A stretch of DNA of 64,000 nt from Lama guanicoe (GCA_013239625.1 MU053810.1:2987518-3051517); one strand, 5' to 3'; positions 13,582 to 28,210 are shown, counted from the stretch's first letter. The notes: a model not told the origin generated them from the sequence alone. Made by a program: numbers and translations.

Positions 13582-14724
13582 CCATCTCATTGTGGTTTTG
13601 ATTTGCATTTCCCTGATGATTAGTGACGCTGAGCATCTTTTCATGTCCTTGTTGGCCATCTGCATGTCTTCTTTGGGAAAATGTTTATTCAAGTTACCTG
13701 GATTACTTGTTTTTCACTACTGAGTAATATGGGTACAACTCTCTCTCTCTCTCTCTATCTGTATATGTATTAATCTCATCAGACATATGGTTTGCAAATA
13801 TTTTCTCCCATTCTGCAGGTTGCCTTTTCATTTCATTGCTTCTTTTACTGCGCAGACTTTTTAGTTTGACGTAGTCCCACTTGTTGCTGTTTGCGTTTGT
13901 GCGTATGCTTTTGGTGTCATTGCCAAGACTGATGTTAAAGGGCTTTTTCCTCTCTTTTAGGAGTTTTATGGTTTCAGGTCTGAAATTCAAATCCTTCATT
14001 TATTCTGAGTTAATTTTTGTGAATAGTGTGAGATACTGTTTGTTTCATTCTTTTGCATGTGGCTGTCCAGCTTTCCCAACACTGTTTGTTGAAGACACTA
14101 TTTTTCCCCCACTGAGTGTTTTTGACTCCCTTGTCAAATATCAGTTGAGCTTATATTCATGGGTTTATTTGGGGGCTATCTGTTGGCTTTTTTGCAAGTA
14201 CCATACTGTTCTGACTACTATAGCTTTGTAATACAGTTTGAAATCTTCATGTCCAACTCTCCAGTGAGACTAGACTGTGCTGGCGTGGTTTCTAGGTCTT
14301 ACTGACTTCCCCTATCATCTGAGATAAACCTTGTTGCTCTCTCTTCCTTCCAACCAGAAAGGGCCTTATTAATATAATGAGTGTATGGAAGGGCACAAAT
14401 TCTTGTCCTATAGACTCAGAGTCTTAGAATGATAGGACTAAGAAGAATCTGAGAGGTTAAACCCATCTTCCAAATCAAGCATCAGATCTAATTATTATGT
14501 ACTACATCTGAACTAATATGTCAATTATACATAAAAACAGAAATAAAGTGGAGGTGGGAACCCAATGTATAAACAAAATTAAAGCAGAACTTCTGTGGGT
14601 GAAGCAGGAGTGGGCAGACAGGAACCCAGCTGGTCAATATTCCCTTTCTTCTATCCTAAGGGCACTTCTTGGAGAGCACCTCAAAAACTACTGTAGTCCA
14701 ATCCTGGTATTTTATTTTTATGAT

Positions 14725-15473
14725 TTTTTTAATTGAACTGTAGTTGATTTACAATATTATGTTAGTTTCAGATGTAAAGTCATTCATGAGATATATATTT
14801 CTATCTGTATATATTCTTTATCTATATCTATATTCTTTTTAAAATTCTTTCCATTATAGGTTATTACAAGATATTAAATATAGCTCCCTGTATTATATAG
14901 TAAATCCTTGTTGTTTATCTATTTTATATATAGTAATGTGTATCTGTTAATCCTATACTTCTAATTTATCCTTCCTCCCTCCTTTCCCCTTTGGTAACCA
15001 TAAGTTTGTTTTCTATGTCAGTAAGTCTGTTTCTGTTTTATAAATAAGTACAAATAATACAAAATAAGTTTGTATTACGTTTAGATTCCACATATAAGTG
15101 ATATTATATAATATTTGTCTTTCTCTGACTTACTTCCCTTAGTATGATAATCTTTAGGTCCATCCATGTTACTGTAAATGGAATAGTTCGTTCTTTTTCA
15201 TGGTTGAGTAATATTCCATTATATGTCTCTTCTTTATCCATTCATCTGTTGATGTATACTTAGGTTGCTTCTGTATCTTGGCTATTGTAAATACTGCTGC
15301 TATGAACATTGGGGTGCATGTATCTTTTCAAATTAATTTTCATTTTTTCTGGATATATGCCCAAGAGTTAGATTGCTGGATCATATAGTAACTGTTTTTA
15401 AGTTTTTTAAGAAACCTCCATACTGTTTTCCACAGTGGCTTCACCAATTTACAGTCCTACCAACAGTGTAGGA
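14725..15473 (-). mobile_element. L1 3' end
   Basis: 'aattgaactgtagttgatttacaatattatgttagtttcag...gaaacctccatactgttttccacagtggc' matches an L1 3'UTR/ORF2 end. Confidence 0.85.
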
Positions 15474-16074
15474 GCAACTCTAGTATTTTATAAATACGAC
15501 ACACATAAAATTAAATAACTTATCCAAATCCCTACAACTAGTTAATGTCCAGCAGCAAGGACTGGAACCCACTTACCTAATTCTTCCCCCAGAGTTCTTT
15601 CTACTAGATTCCATTCCCTTGAACCCATTATAATGGCTTCACTATCATAGTCCATAGGAGACCTTGGAAGGCATTACCAAGTATTTCTCTTCAGAAACAA
15701 TACATCACTCTCCCCAGTCACACTTTGCCCAGACAAGCCTAATATGAAGACTAGCTTCCCTCCTCTCTCAGCACAGTTCGAATGTTTGTTGGAAGAAATT
15801 ACACAAAAAGAATTGTGTAGTGTAAAAAAGTTATTCAAGGATTACAGTTTCATTAAGGTGCTAACCATAAGCAATCAGTTGAGAGAACTTTATTTCCAAA
15901 GATTTTTTAAAATTGCATAAATGTGTATCAAGCCTGTATACTCTCCCTTTAAGTAAACTAAATGGGCAGGTGTGATTTAGTAGTTGAAACACCGTCAGCC
16001 TTCTTCTTTATTGTTAAGAAACCCTCCATGTGGCTTTTTAAGCAGCACAACTAAGATTCTGATCAGTAGCTCTG

Positions 16075-16899
16075 ATGTGTATGTATGGGAGTGGGGAGAG
16101 GGGTTTCCCCACATATCACCAAACAATTCTCTGACACCAGTTGGGTGTCATACAGTTTGACTCAATTCTGACACTACCTACTCAGAGACAGCACCAGATC
16201 GCACAGGTGAAGGGCTCAGCTCCGCACCTGGGGGCTGCCCTCCACATCAGATGCCAATCGCAAGTCCAAGCTGTCACCTGTGCTTCTGACAGAACGGCTA
16301 TAAGAGGCTCCCACGACTCCCTTATTAGGTTTGGCTAATTTGCTGGAGTAGCTCACAGAACTCAGGAAACCAGCTTACTCACTAGATTACTGCTTTACTA
16401 CTTAAAGGATTAATAGCCATAGAAAAAGGTACATAAGATGAGGTCCCAAACAAAGGAGCTTCTGTCCCCATGGAGTTTGGGGCCCAGCACAATGGCACGT
16501 GGAAATGTTCTAATTCACCAACCTGGAACCTCTCTGGACTCCCTCCTTTTGGGGTTTCATAGAGGCTTCATTACATAGACTGATTGATTAAATCAGTGGC
16601 CACTGATAATGGATTCAACCTCCAGCCCGTCTTCCCTCTTGGAAATCAGGAGTTACGACTGAAAGTTCCAACCCTCTTTTCTTGGTTGGTTCCCTGGCAA
16701 CCAGCTCCCAACATCAGACACTTTCTAACAGTCACCTCATTAACATAAACTCAGGTGTGGTGGAAAGAGGTTTGTATGAATATTAAGGGAACTTTATTGC
16801 TCTTATCACTTCAGAAATTCTAAAGGTTTTAGGAGCTCTGTGCCAGAAATGGGGATGAAGACCAAATATATATTTCTTATTATAAATTACAGCATCACA
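16075..16899. mobile_element. MER21-like solo LTR
   Basis: 'accaaacaattctctgacaccagttgggtgtc...caattctgacactacctac' through 'atatatttcttattataaattacagcatcaca' resembles the MER21 family. Confidence 0.7.
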
Positions 16900-19800
16900 A
16901 CAACCTACACAAGATGAACTTCCACTCTAACTATCCTGATGCAGTTATTTTAAAGATTGGGAACAAAGCTGTATTTAAAAGCTAACTTTACAAAATAAGC
17001 TTTATGCTTTTAACTTTAAAAATTAAAAATTTTCACTCATTTAGGTTTTTCAAAAATACAGTATTATTTCAAACTAAAGCATAGGGAAGCATATAATTCT
17101 AAAATATTATAAATCTCATTATGAAAGTGATAAAAATTGTCTAATGTTGTCTAACAAGTTCCTTTACCACCAAAGCATGTGCAATTTATGTGACGACCCC
17201 AGACAAAGTAGATATCATTACAGTAAGTGACATTAATTAACAGAATCTCCTCCTGTCGTGTCCAGGAATATTTATTTCATTATCTAGAAATCTGTTTTCT
17301 TTAAATATATTTGACCTTAAAAGCTATAAACGCATGCAAATTGGCCCCAGTTGATTTCAGGGTGATCACAATAACGCATGCAAATTGGCCTCTTTGTGAT
17401 CACGTCTGATTCTAACCTTGGTACCTAGAGAGTTCTGCCTTTACATCCTGTAACAAGCTACTATATTGAAACATGGAGACCTGAAGTAATTCTTCTACTT
17501 AAGCCCCTGTTGGCCAGAATGTGAATCTTCTGAAGGCAAGAACTCTGCCTCATTCATCTTCAATCCCCAGAATCAAGGTTATCAATACCGATAATCGATG
17601 AATGTTGAGAGCTCACAGATGGGAAGCAGCAAGGGCCAAAGTGGACAGTCAGGAATGTTTAGTGGACAATTTTGTCGGCAAATCATAGAGGAAATAAAAG
17701 TTAAGGAATCATGTCTAAAATATAAAAATACAAGTTATTTTAAAACTTAGTGATAGATAACAATTGAAATTAATGAGCCATTTTTGATCCTAGAACAGCA
17801 TACCTTGTAGGTGGTACTCAGGATTTTTAATGAATAAATGAGAGAATATTAGATATAAAATAATATGAAAGCCCTCTTAGAATTGTGCAGGAAAGTCTGA
17901 TGGGTGGTCTGGGGGTGATTTCTTCTCCTCCTCCTTTTTTTTTTGGTATGAGATGTGGCCTTTTAAAGCACATAATTCAGAAGATTATGAATTAAGAAAC
18001 CAAAGTACTGCAAAGTCAGAAAACAATCCTGTGAGCATAGTTTTTTGCCTTCTTAATTAGTACACTGCTGGGTGGGGAAACAGGGCCAGAGTTTGAGATG
18101 TGCTCTCACCTGTTAGTGATTCTGATGGATGGAACCCATTGTTGAGACCCCCTAGAGAGCTTCTCTTAACCTGCCTTGGGTTTCCTCCCCATTATGCCTT
18201 ACAGAACTCTGTCATCAATTCTTTTTTTCCAAGTGAAAATATCATACTAATTTTTTTCAAAAACAAAGTCCTCACTATAAACACTCACACCATCCAGAAT
18301 AGCATTAGGAAGAAATCACAAACCCCTTGACATCCCATTGGAAGTCGTTACTAACCATATTTGTTTATGTACCTCTCTCCCAAGATAGACTGGAGTTGTT
18401 TAAAAGCAGTGCCTCTTACTTCTTAATTTTGTATCCATGATACTTTGTAACATAATAGGCTTTTAGTCAGTGTTTAGTGATGGAATAAATGAATGATCAA
18501 CTTTGTTACACTCTGGATGTGCAGAGCATAATTAGACAGAGTTGCTGTCCTCAGGGAATTTGCAGCCAGAGGTTAAGAAAACAATGAAATAGGCGAAATT
18601 CTGGCAATAGGAACACAGTGGTAATGGGTCAGCTGAGAGATAGTGATCATTTCTGTCTGGTAGAGTGAAAAAGAGACATTGAAGCTGGTCCTCTAGGACG
18701 ACTTGCATTTTGCTAACTTAAAAACAATCCCTGAAGATCTCTCAGAGGGAGGGTAGGAAAATAGACACAGAGCTGTTGTGAGCACAGCATGCTCTCATAA
18801 TCTGGTGTGTAGAGAATACAGGGCTCTGGAAAATAAGGAAATTAGCATTTGTGAAGTATTTCCTGTGTGTCAAGTACTTGGTACTTAAAAAACCTTCCTG
18901 TGAGAATATTGTGAGGCAGTAATGAGACACACAGAAGGCAGTTATCAGGTATAGAGCAGGAGGTGCCAGAGGGGGTGAGCCCATTTTGCAAAGAGCCTTA
19001 AGGTCATCCAGTCAGGGTTATGTACAGATTTTAGGCAGAGGAACGACATCATCAGAGCAGTATAATTTTTAAAGTTTAGAACCTCCTTAACAAGACACAC
19101 TTTTTCTATCACCATCAGTAGCTGAGTTTACCATTCTCCTCCCATAAATTGAGTCACCAATATCTCACATTGAGAAACGTGGCTTAATGTTATTTCATGT
19201 ATTATTTTTTATAGATGGAAAATATCCGTGATGATATAATGCCTATTCATCTGTGCTCCAGACCTGTTTATAGGACACCTGATAAATAGTAATATTTAAA
19301 TTTTGTTTTCTAAGCATCCACTCAGTTTTTTCCCTCTTCTTTTTTTTTTTTTTGAACTTCACCCATTTTATCCAGGACCTGTTATTTGTGTCTCAACTGA
19401 ATGAGTCCAGAAGCTTTTTCTTTTCAATTATTTTCTTTCATTCTACGATGAATCTTGCTCAAAGCCTTAAATTTCCATATTTATAATTAGAGTGCAGCTC
19501 TGATTCTATTTTTCTGTTACTCCTTTGTCTCTGCATCCGAACTCCACATTGTGTCATCTATTAGAACTTACAGGGCTTTTCATCATGGGCTTTGGTCATT
19601 CTAACTGTGTCTGTGAACTCACGTATAGTTATCTTTCATAAGAAGTTCCTCTGGTTTACTGTTTTCCTTCCCGCCTTCCTTTCTCTCTCTCTCTCCCGCT
19701 CTCTTTCTATGTTGTTACTCCAAGTTCAAGAAGATCTGCTTCTCTGTATAAGGCATCTTTCTTCATTGCTCATTTCTTCTGTTTACTTACTGACTTATTA

Positions 19801-20599
19801 TCTAAACGCTAAGGAACAAACTGATTGTGAGGGATTCACATTGCTCCTTGCTTCCTTCCTTGTAGGTGGCCACTAAGAGAATGTACAATCAAATTTTTCA
19901 TACAATTATCAAATGAATAGACAAAAGGATATAAAACATCTGGACTTTTGGGTAAGCATTTGGTAGCATATGCATTAAAGAAATGGAGATGAATTCCTTT
20001 AGTTACTGATACCATGAAAGGGATCTTAGATAAGACTGTAAACAATGGATACTTTAAAATGAAGCAGCATGTGAGTGAATGATCTTGGTTTAGATTAGCA
20101 GACCTGGTAGGGTTTAAGGTCAAACTCAGCTTTGTTTGACATCTTCGTAAATAATCTAGAAGACTGATTTTAATAGAACCCTTAATTACATGTTTAAGTG
20201 ACTTCAAGATGGGAGGTGTTAAACATGATATCAAGAAAAAAGACTAGAAGAGGTTGATGGAGGGAATGATAAACGTCCCCCCAAGCCCCCATTAATCAGG
20301 AAAAGTATAAAATGATAGCTTAGTATGAGAATAATTTCAAGTCATTAAAAGAAAAAAATAACAAAACCACAAGTAAAGGAAGGACAATGTTGAAAGAGGC
20401 CACAGAAAACAATCTGTAACACGGTACAGAAGTTAAAACGGTCATTATTATGTAGAGTTCTCTTAAAATGACTCTGTTTTCCATCAAGGGTACATACAAT
20501 TTGCTGACCTAAATGTTAATATGATATAGAATCATTAAGATTTTTATGCTAGTCATAAATCATATGCCCAAATTCATGCATTTTGAACTTAACTGTTGT

Positions 20600-21870
20600 T
20601 TATTTAAAAAAATTAACATTTAGAAAGATTGATTTTTAGGAGGTGAACAATGGAAAGAAATTTTAAGACAAGTGTAGACTCATGCACCCAGCACCATGCT
20701 TAGGTAACAGAAGACTTCCATCCCCCTGAACACTTCTGGCGCAGCCCTCTGGCCACCCCAAACCTCTGGCAACCACTTATTTTCTCTGCTACTATAGTTT
20801 TGCCTATTGAGGGTGTCATGGAAATAAAATCATTTATTATATACCTTTGAGGGGGGATTCTTTACATTGTGGTCAAAAACACATCACATAATATTTATCA
20901 TCTTAACCACTTTCAAAGGTACACTACAAGTGTTAACTATGTGCACAAGGTTACACAACACTCCTCTAGAACTTTTTCATCTTTCAAAACTGAAACTCTG
21001 TAAACAATTCTCCTTTCCTCCCTCCCCAAAGGCTCTGGAAACCACCATTCTACTTTCTAAGTATTTGACTACTTTAGATTCCTCACGTAAGTGGGATCAC
21101 GTAGAATTTGTCCTCTGTGACTGGCTCATTTCACTTAGTGTAATGTCCTCAAAAGCCATCCCTGGTGTAGCATATGACAGGGTTTCCTTTTTTTTTTAAA
21201 GCTGAATAATACTCCATTGTACGTATATTCCACATTTTCTTTATCCATTTACCTCTTGATAGAAATTTAAATTGCTTCCAATTCTTTTTCTAAGTACTGC
21301 TTTAGCTGAATCTCATAAGTTTTGACATGTGCTATTTTAATTATTTTTGAGTTCAAGCTATTTTTTTAAATTCAACCATGATTTCTTCTTTGATCCGTGA
21401 GTCACTCAGATATGTATTTAATTAATTTCCGAACATATGAAGGTTTTCTTTTTTCTTTTTTTTTGAATTGAAGTTGATTAACAATGTTGTTTTAGTTTCT
21501 GGTGTACAGCAAAGTGATTCAGTTTTACATATATAAATTCTTTTTTTATAATGGTTTATTACAAGATATTGAATATGGTCACCTGTGCTGTACTGTAGGA
21601 CCTTGTTGTTTACCTATTTTATATACAGTGGCTTGTATCTGTTAATCCCAAACTCCTAATTTATCATTCTCCCCACCACTTTCCCCTTTGGTAACGATAA
21701 GTTTGCTTTCTGTGTCTGTGAGTCTGTTTCTGTTTCCTAAGTCCCTTTGTGTCATATTTTAGATTCCACATATAAGTGATATCATATGATATTTGTCTTT
21801 CTCTGTCCAACTTACGTCACTTGGTTGGTATGGTAATCTCTCAGTCCATCCATGTTGCTGCAGATGGCAA
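20600..21870 (-). mobile_element. Cluster of L1 3' fragments of different ages
   Basis: Repeated motifs 'ctctggcaaccac...tattttct', 'ttagattccacatataagtgat', 'ccatccatgttgctgcagatggca'. Confidence 0.75.
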
Positions 21871-22974
21871 CTATCAACAAATATTTATTAACTGGCAACT
21901 TAGCTGGCAGTTGGTTGGGCATTGGTCCTACACAAGCGCACATACATTCCTGTCTTCAAGGAGTTACAGAGAGAGACAGACAAGTAAATAGGCCATTAGG
22001 AGTCAGTATAACAAGTCCTATGGCAGGGGCAGGTACCAGATGTTACATCTGTCAGAGAGCCTCCCCACTTAGGAAGCAGGGAAATCTTCATAGGAGGGGA
22101 CCTTCCAAATGGAAGATTCAAAGGAATCAGCCAAAAGGAGGGCTATTCTAGGAAGAGAAAACCACCTGTGCAAAGGCCCTGAGGCACGAGAGACTGGTGC
22201 ATTCCTGAAGTATCTTCCCTTCCCAGTAAACTGAAAGCCACCATTTCATCTTCCCCAGTTGTTTGGGTGTGTATTTGCATATTTGGAGCAATGGCACATT
22301 AAACACCCGTGCATAGTAGTCTTAAACCTTATACATTTAATTTTTATTCAACTTTTTTTTGCCGTATCTGTAAACAATGTAGGACTAAGTTTTTTATAAA
22401 TATCAATCCTAGAGTTTCTGATAGGGAAGTTCAATTTATTCACATTTACTGTAAAAAATTCATTTCATCTTAAATAAGATGCTTACTATTTATCATAGTT
22501 TACTTAAATTCTTTTTTTCTCTTTACTTTTTTTTGGAATTTATCATACTTTTTTTTTTAATCCTCCAGGTAATTTAGAAGATCTATATATTTGTATTTAG
22601 TGTGTAGTTATCTTATTATTTTTTTCTTAGAAGCTTACATATAAAGTTTTATCTTACTATTTTTAATAGTTATACTTAAATCATTATTTATCTAAAAATA
22701 TGACAGAATCAAATACTTACTCTCCAGCCCAAGTAGAAGATTTTTTTCTCCATCCCTTTCTGCACTGAGACAAGATTTTTGAACATTTTTGTTTCTTTAG
22801 TCTCTATTTCTGGTCTGATCACCTTCATCCAACACTCTCTGCCAAACAAACAAATGAAATCCCTTCTTGGTTTTTCTAAGATAATTCATAATGTGGGTCT
22901 CAGGCCTTCATAGAGTTTCCCTTGATTTACCAAAAAAAAAAAAAAAGAAACGTTGGTAGGCAACTTCTTCACTT

Positions 22975-23720
22975 AAACATTCATTTAGCAATATTTATTG
23001 GGCACATACTATATGCCAGTCACTGCTTTACATTCTAGAGATACAGCCATGTACAATATAGCGGGCAAGTTAGGTAAAAAACAAGTAAGCAAAATGGGGG
23101 AAAAAACAAACTTACAGGAAGTGTATGTAATAGGAGTGACAGGATTAGTGGATGCGTGTGGAAAGGGCAAGACTGGACTCTGAGACGACCTCATTGTAAA
23201 GGTTCATGTTAGGCTGAGACCAGAATGAAAAGAAACCATAAGGAGATTAGAGGACCGAGCACTCCAGACAGAGGGATCCGCACGTACAACAATCAGTGGA
23301 GATATTAGCAGTCAGAGTAAACATTTTGGAAATGATTAGCATGTAGATGGTGCTGAAAGCCATGAGGTTGGAAGATCTTACATAGGGAGTCAGCGTAGCT
23401 GGTACCAAGAAAGAAGGCACTATCCTAGCCCTAGTTCACGCTAACAAAGCAAGCAAAGAAGTCCAAGAAGCAGCCTCCTGGAGGTGGGAAGGAGGGAACC
23501 AGAAGAGGGGGGTGTCATGAAATCCAAGGGAGGGAAGTGTTTTAAGAAGGAGGAGCCGTCCATGTCCACAACTATGTCCAACACGACAGAGAGATGGAGT
23601 AAGATGGCTAAAGGAAGTAACCACTGGCTTAGACAACAAGGAGCTTATTAGCGACTTTCACAAGAGACATTGAAGCAGAGGGATGAGAGAGTGGGAGGTA
23701 AGGAATAGGACTCAGGGAGG
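22975..23720 (-). mobile_element. L2 fragments
   Basis: 'cattcatttagcaatatttattgggcacatactatatgccag' is the L2 3' end in reverse complement, followed by L2 body. Confidence 0.65.
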
Positions 23721-26700
23721 TCAAAGAAGAGTTTTAGATGTGAGATTCTCCAGCACATCTTACATGAAGCATCACAGAGGGAGAGCGGGGATCAGGATAG
23801 TAACATTTGTGAGATGCACCCTCACTGAATAGTTACTCTGCAGTCCTTAGACACATGACCACCATCCATTTAGTTTTAACTAAGATATCATGAGATTCAA
23901 AGCCCCTCCTATTCCTTGCATTTTTAAACTTCTTTCTCTCTTGAAATATGCTTTGACTTCATTTTTTTTGTTTGTTTGCAGTTCTCACCTGGGTAGATTC
24001 CTCAAAAAGAGACCATGGTTGTAAATTTTTCTGAGCTCTTTATGTGTGGAAAATGCCTTTTCTTTTGCCATCACTTGGCTGTGTAGTGGATTCTTGGATC
24101 TCTCACTTCTTCTAAATGTGATTTTACTATTTTCTAACTCCCAGTGTTAAAGATGAAAAGACTGATACTTAACGTGATTCTCTCTCCCTTATAAAGATTG
24201 CAAGAGATATCACTTCATCCTTGTGATATAAAAATTTTACCATGAGATGACTAACTTTTCTTCATCCTGCTGGCCTTTAACTTGATGATTTCAAGAGAAA
24301 AAGAAATGAAAAGTTCAAGGAATAGGAGGGGCATTGAATCTTACGATATCTCTAGTTAAATCTAAATGGACAATGATAATGTGCCTAAGGACTGCAGGGT
24401 AACTAGTCAACATTTCTACCTCATTTCTCCCTCTCCTTCTGTAATGCTTCATGTAAAGCATGCAAAGAATCTAAAACCTTTCAATTAAGCCTCCCCTGTT
24501 GGGCGCCAACTGCTTTGATGATTTTGGTAGCACACCTCCTTCAAACAACAGTATTCTCTTCAATGGTGAGTGGGCTTTTTGGCTGATTCATATCTTTAGG
24601 TGAAGACCTTAGCAGGTGAAGAACTGAGTTATATCAGCCAACGTTAGGAGTGAGGTGTCTACTCAAGGCAGCTGGTGCCCCTCACCCCAAGCACAAAGGG
24701 ATCTATTGTCCTTATCCCTGGTCCCCAGAGAAACAGCCTCTTACAGCTTCTGAGCCCTAATGTTGTATACAGTGGTGTTCTGAACCTGTAATTTCTGCCC
24801 CGGAACTCAAGCCCTCAGATGTATTTGGATGCTCCTCCAGGCTTCAGCAATAGTGGATGGTTATCTGAGTGGCCTTGGAATCACAAGGGAAAGGAGTCGG
24901 GAATCTGAGCTCGAAATCCCCTTTAATTTGTCTTGATTTGATTTTTAAGTCTGTAGCGTTTAGACCATTGCTCTGGAGAGCAATGAGAACAGGAACAAAA
25001 TGTTGGCATGTTAAACATATATGCTATGTCGTAATATAAGGTGATGTAACATATGATTGTTGGTATAGCTATTAAGTATACATAATTAATTGAGGTGGAT
25101 AATTAGTTGGTGTCATAATGACAACAAATTATGTTTTTTCAATAAACTGAATCCTAAATACATTTTTTCATTTTGAGTAAGAACTTCGCCATGAAATACC
25201 ACATATATCTTAATTATCTCATTAGGGATTAAAAAGTGTGATTACAATTCAGGTTAGAGTTTGAAGTTTGAAGTTACCACATAAAAGAACTTGTGTGTTG
25301 GTTTCCAAATGATTTTTACTTAAATTTAGCTAACCCCATCAATACACTAACACTGAGGGTGGAAATTTCATAGGTCAGGTGTTTGAACTCCCATAGATGT
25401 TTAGACGTATCAGAAAACTGCCGAGATGCTGGGGTACTCACTTTAAAACTCTGCTAGTTCAAAAGGCTTTAATCACCCTGGTTCAATGAAGTTCTCTAAA
25501 TAAAGTCTAAGTTGACAAAATGTTTGTCAGGCCAAACTCTGATCCAGGCCTGCCTTGGTGTGATGCAAACAGTGGCCCCAGGCCAAGGACGCGTCGTGCT
25601 CCCTGGCTGAAATACGAGCCGGGCTCCGCGGAGACCAGAGGAGCCTAAACAAACATCTGGGCCCTTCTAGCTGCTTACTATTTTCAGTTTTTAAAACAGT
25701 CCTCTCTGGATTTCTATATAAAAACAAGACATCCCGTATACTCTTCCTCAGAAGAGACAAGAAAATCCTCAGTCTGTAGCCATTGGTTTCCGTCAACAAT
25801 GACACTTGACTTTTTCTAACATCTTTAGCCTCAGCTGTCTCTCCCTCTTCCATGACCTCTCTTCTCTGTTTTGCTTTTTCTTTGTGCATTTTGATTTTTC
25901 ATCAAACCACTAAGAAGCGTTTCATTAATACCAAGTAATGACAACTCTAGGAATAGGAAGATCCATCTGTCCCAAGAGTAGCTGATGTGCTTGGATAACC
26001 AACAATTTAAGATCATACACAGATTCACTGTTGAGAACTAGAGCCCGGCTGTCTCACAGCCAGAGTGGACCCGTGGCCTGCAGATGGGCTGGGTTTGGCC
26101 AACTCAGTGTTCTTTTACAAAACTGAGTATGAATGACGTAAAGCGGAATGCACTTTTTCCAGTTGACTGCAGGCCAAGCGGGCTTAAACTCTCTCACATT
26201 TTCCCTACCTGCATGGCCTCTGAGTCAGCTAAGCTTGTACCTGGTTAGAATTTTCATGAAGAAAGACCCCCCCCCCCGAAGTGCAGCCCAGGGCTGTGCA
26301 TATTTAAGGAGCATTTCCAGTGATCTTGGGGTGTGATCTGGGGCCACAATGAAGAAACATCACTTCAGTGAATTTTCCAAACAGTCTGTGTTTGTGTGCA
26401 TATATGTGTGTGTGTGACCAGAAAATCAAATTAAATCAGAATAATTTCTACACTCCCAAGAGTAGTAGAGAAACCTGACAGAGTGGATAAATAAGAGTGT
26501 TGCATCTCACTCTTATTTATTGTTCTTGTTTGGCTAAATACATTGAAGTCTTTGTGAAGGCAAATCAAAAAAGTGAATATTTTTAAGTGAATTTTGTATA
26601 GAAAGCAGCAATTAAAACACCACGTATACATATGTAAGAGTGATAACGTTACCAAATTTGAACATAATTTTCTTTCCTAGTTCCCTCAAAGGTGACATAA

Positions 26701-26783
26701 TATTTTTTAAATTTCCTAAAAATTCATTTAATGGAAACAAAATTTTAATCATAGAGTTTCTTTTTTAAAAAAGCAAAATTCTC

Positions 26784-27553
26784 GGGGCCAGGAGCGGGTC
26801 GGGGCCAGGGGCCAGCCCCGGGCCTCCGCGGCCATCGCTGCCTGCGCAGTTCCTTGCCCTCGCCCGCTCCCCGCCCTCCCGGGCTGGGCGGACCTGGGTG
26901 GCGTCCGCAGCCTCGCCCCAACAGGCACCCCGGCTCCAGGGGCTGGGCCACCAGCACAGCGCAATGGCAGGCGCCGCGACAGCGCTGCGAGTCCGAGGCC
27001 GCGGCCGCCCGGGGCCACGGCGGCGGATCCGGGCCGGGTCCGCTCATGGTGCCGACAGGACACCATCGCGGGGCAGGAAGGCCAGGTGCGCTGAGTTCTT
27101 CACCTCCGTGTAGGCGCAGTTCTGCCAAGTTTTCAGGCAGTGCCTTTGAAGGTATCAGAAAGGCCTGTGAAACAAGACTGCAAATGGTGTGTGTATTTAT
27201 CATGAACCGAATGAATTCCCAGAGCAGTGGTTTCACGCAGCACAGGCGAATGGCTCTTGGGGTGGTTATTCCCCTACTTGTTGATGTGATACGGGTCGCA
27301 TCCTCAGAACTTACTTCGTATGTTTTTACTCAGTACAACAAACCATTCTTCAGCACCTTTGCAAAAACATCTATGTTTGTTCTGTACCTTTGGGGCTTTA
27401 TTATTTGGAAGCCATGGAGACAACAGTGGACAAGAGGATTTCGAGGAAAGAAAGCATGCTGCTTTTTTTGCAGATGTTTAAGGTTACTTTGCTGCTTGCA
27501 CAACAGATACAACCATGAATAGTTCTTTGAGTGAACCGCTGTATGTTCCTGTG
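26784..27553 (+). pseudogene. SLC35F5: Processed pseudogene of SLC35F5: GC-rich 5'UTR plus about 170 N-terminal codons, 3'-truncated with no poly(A)
   Basis: ATG at 27046: [21 protein letters not shown]...[72 protein letters not shown] matches recalled SLC35F5 N-terminus with no introns; 4-bp 'aaag' insertion near 27450 and TAA near 27478 disable it. Confidence 0.88.
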
Positions 27554-28164
27554 AAAATTCTCTCAATTTTGTAATAAAGGTTGCTAAATTAAGTTGAATT
27601 GTTACCTTTAATATAATTATTCTAAATTAAATTCTTGACTTGTTAGGTGATAATTATCTGAGCAAATCTACCATTAAATCCAAATTAGACAATGTCTTTG
27701 CCCTATAAAAAACACTATTTACTACCACCAGTAATCTGAAAATTCAGGATGGTTTTCTTTAAAGTTGGTGTATATATATATATATATATTTTTTAAGTTG
27801 GGAAAGTAGGCAACATTTCTCAATTTTTTTCTTCTTTTTCTTTTAAGAAAGTTTTCTCCTCTGATTTTTAAAAGTTACACATAAAGCCGTACAATATAGA
27901 AAGGCAGAAAAAGCAAATCATTATTTATAACTTCACCCAACTAGAGAGATAAACTTTTAAAGTCTAACATATTAAAGGTGATAAAGTCATATATATAACA
28001 ATATAAAATATTTATAAAATAAAATGAAAAGGCTACTTTATAAAATTAAAGAAATATTTGTGTACCACAAATAGCCACAGTTAAACAAACAAAATGCAGA
28101 TATCACAGAACTGCATAAAATAAAAGGTACATTTCTTCTTTCCCAGGTCAATCCTGACAGGGGC

Positions 28165-28170
28165 TCTTTT

Positions 28171-28210
<40 letters not shown>

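Larger units (their letters stand above)
12185..14250 (-). mobile_element. L1 3' portion (ORF2 C-terminus and 3'UTR) with nested insertions
   Basis: Minus-strand ORFs MKDLNFRPETIKLL..., [15 protein letters not shown]..., LPNDPAIPLLGIYQKE match L1 ORF2 C-terminus. Confidence 0.9.

Noticed and set aside
25527..26028. Overlapping minus-strand ORFs (120 and 65 aa)
   Set aside because: No recognisable protein similarity or convincing splice structure.
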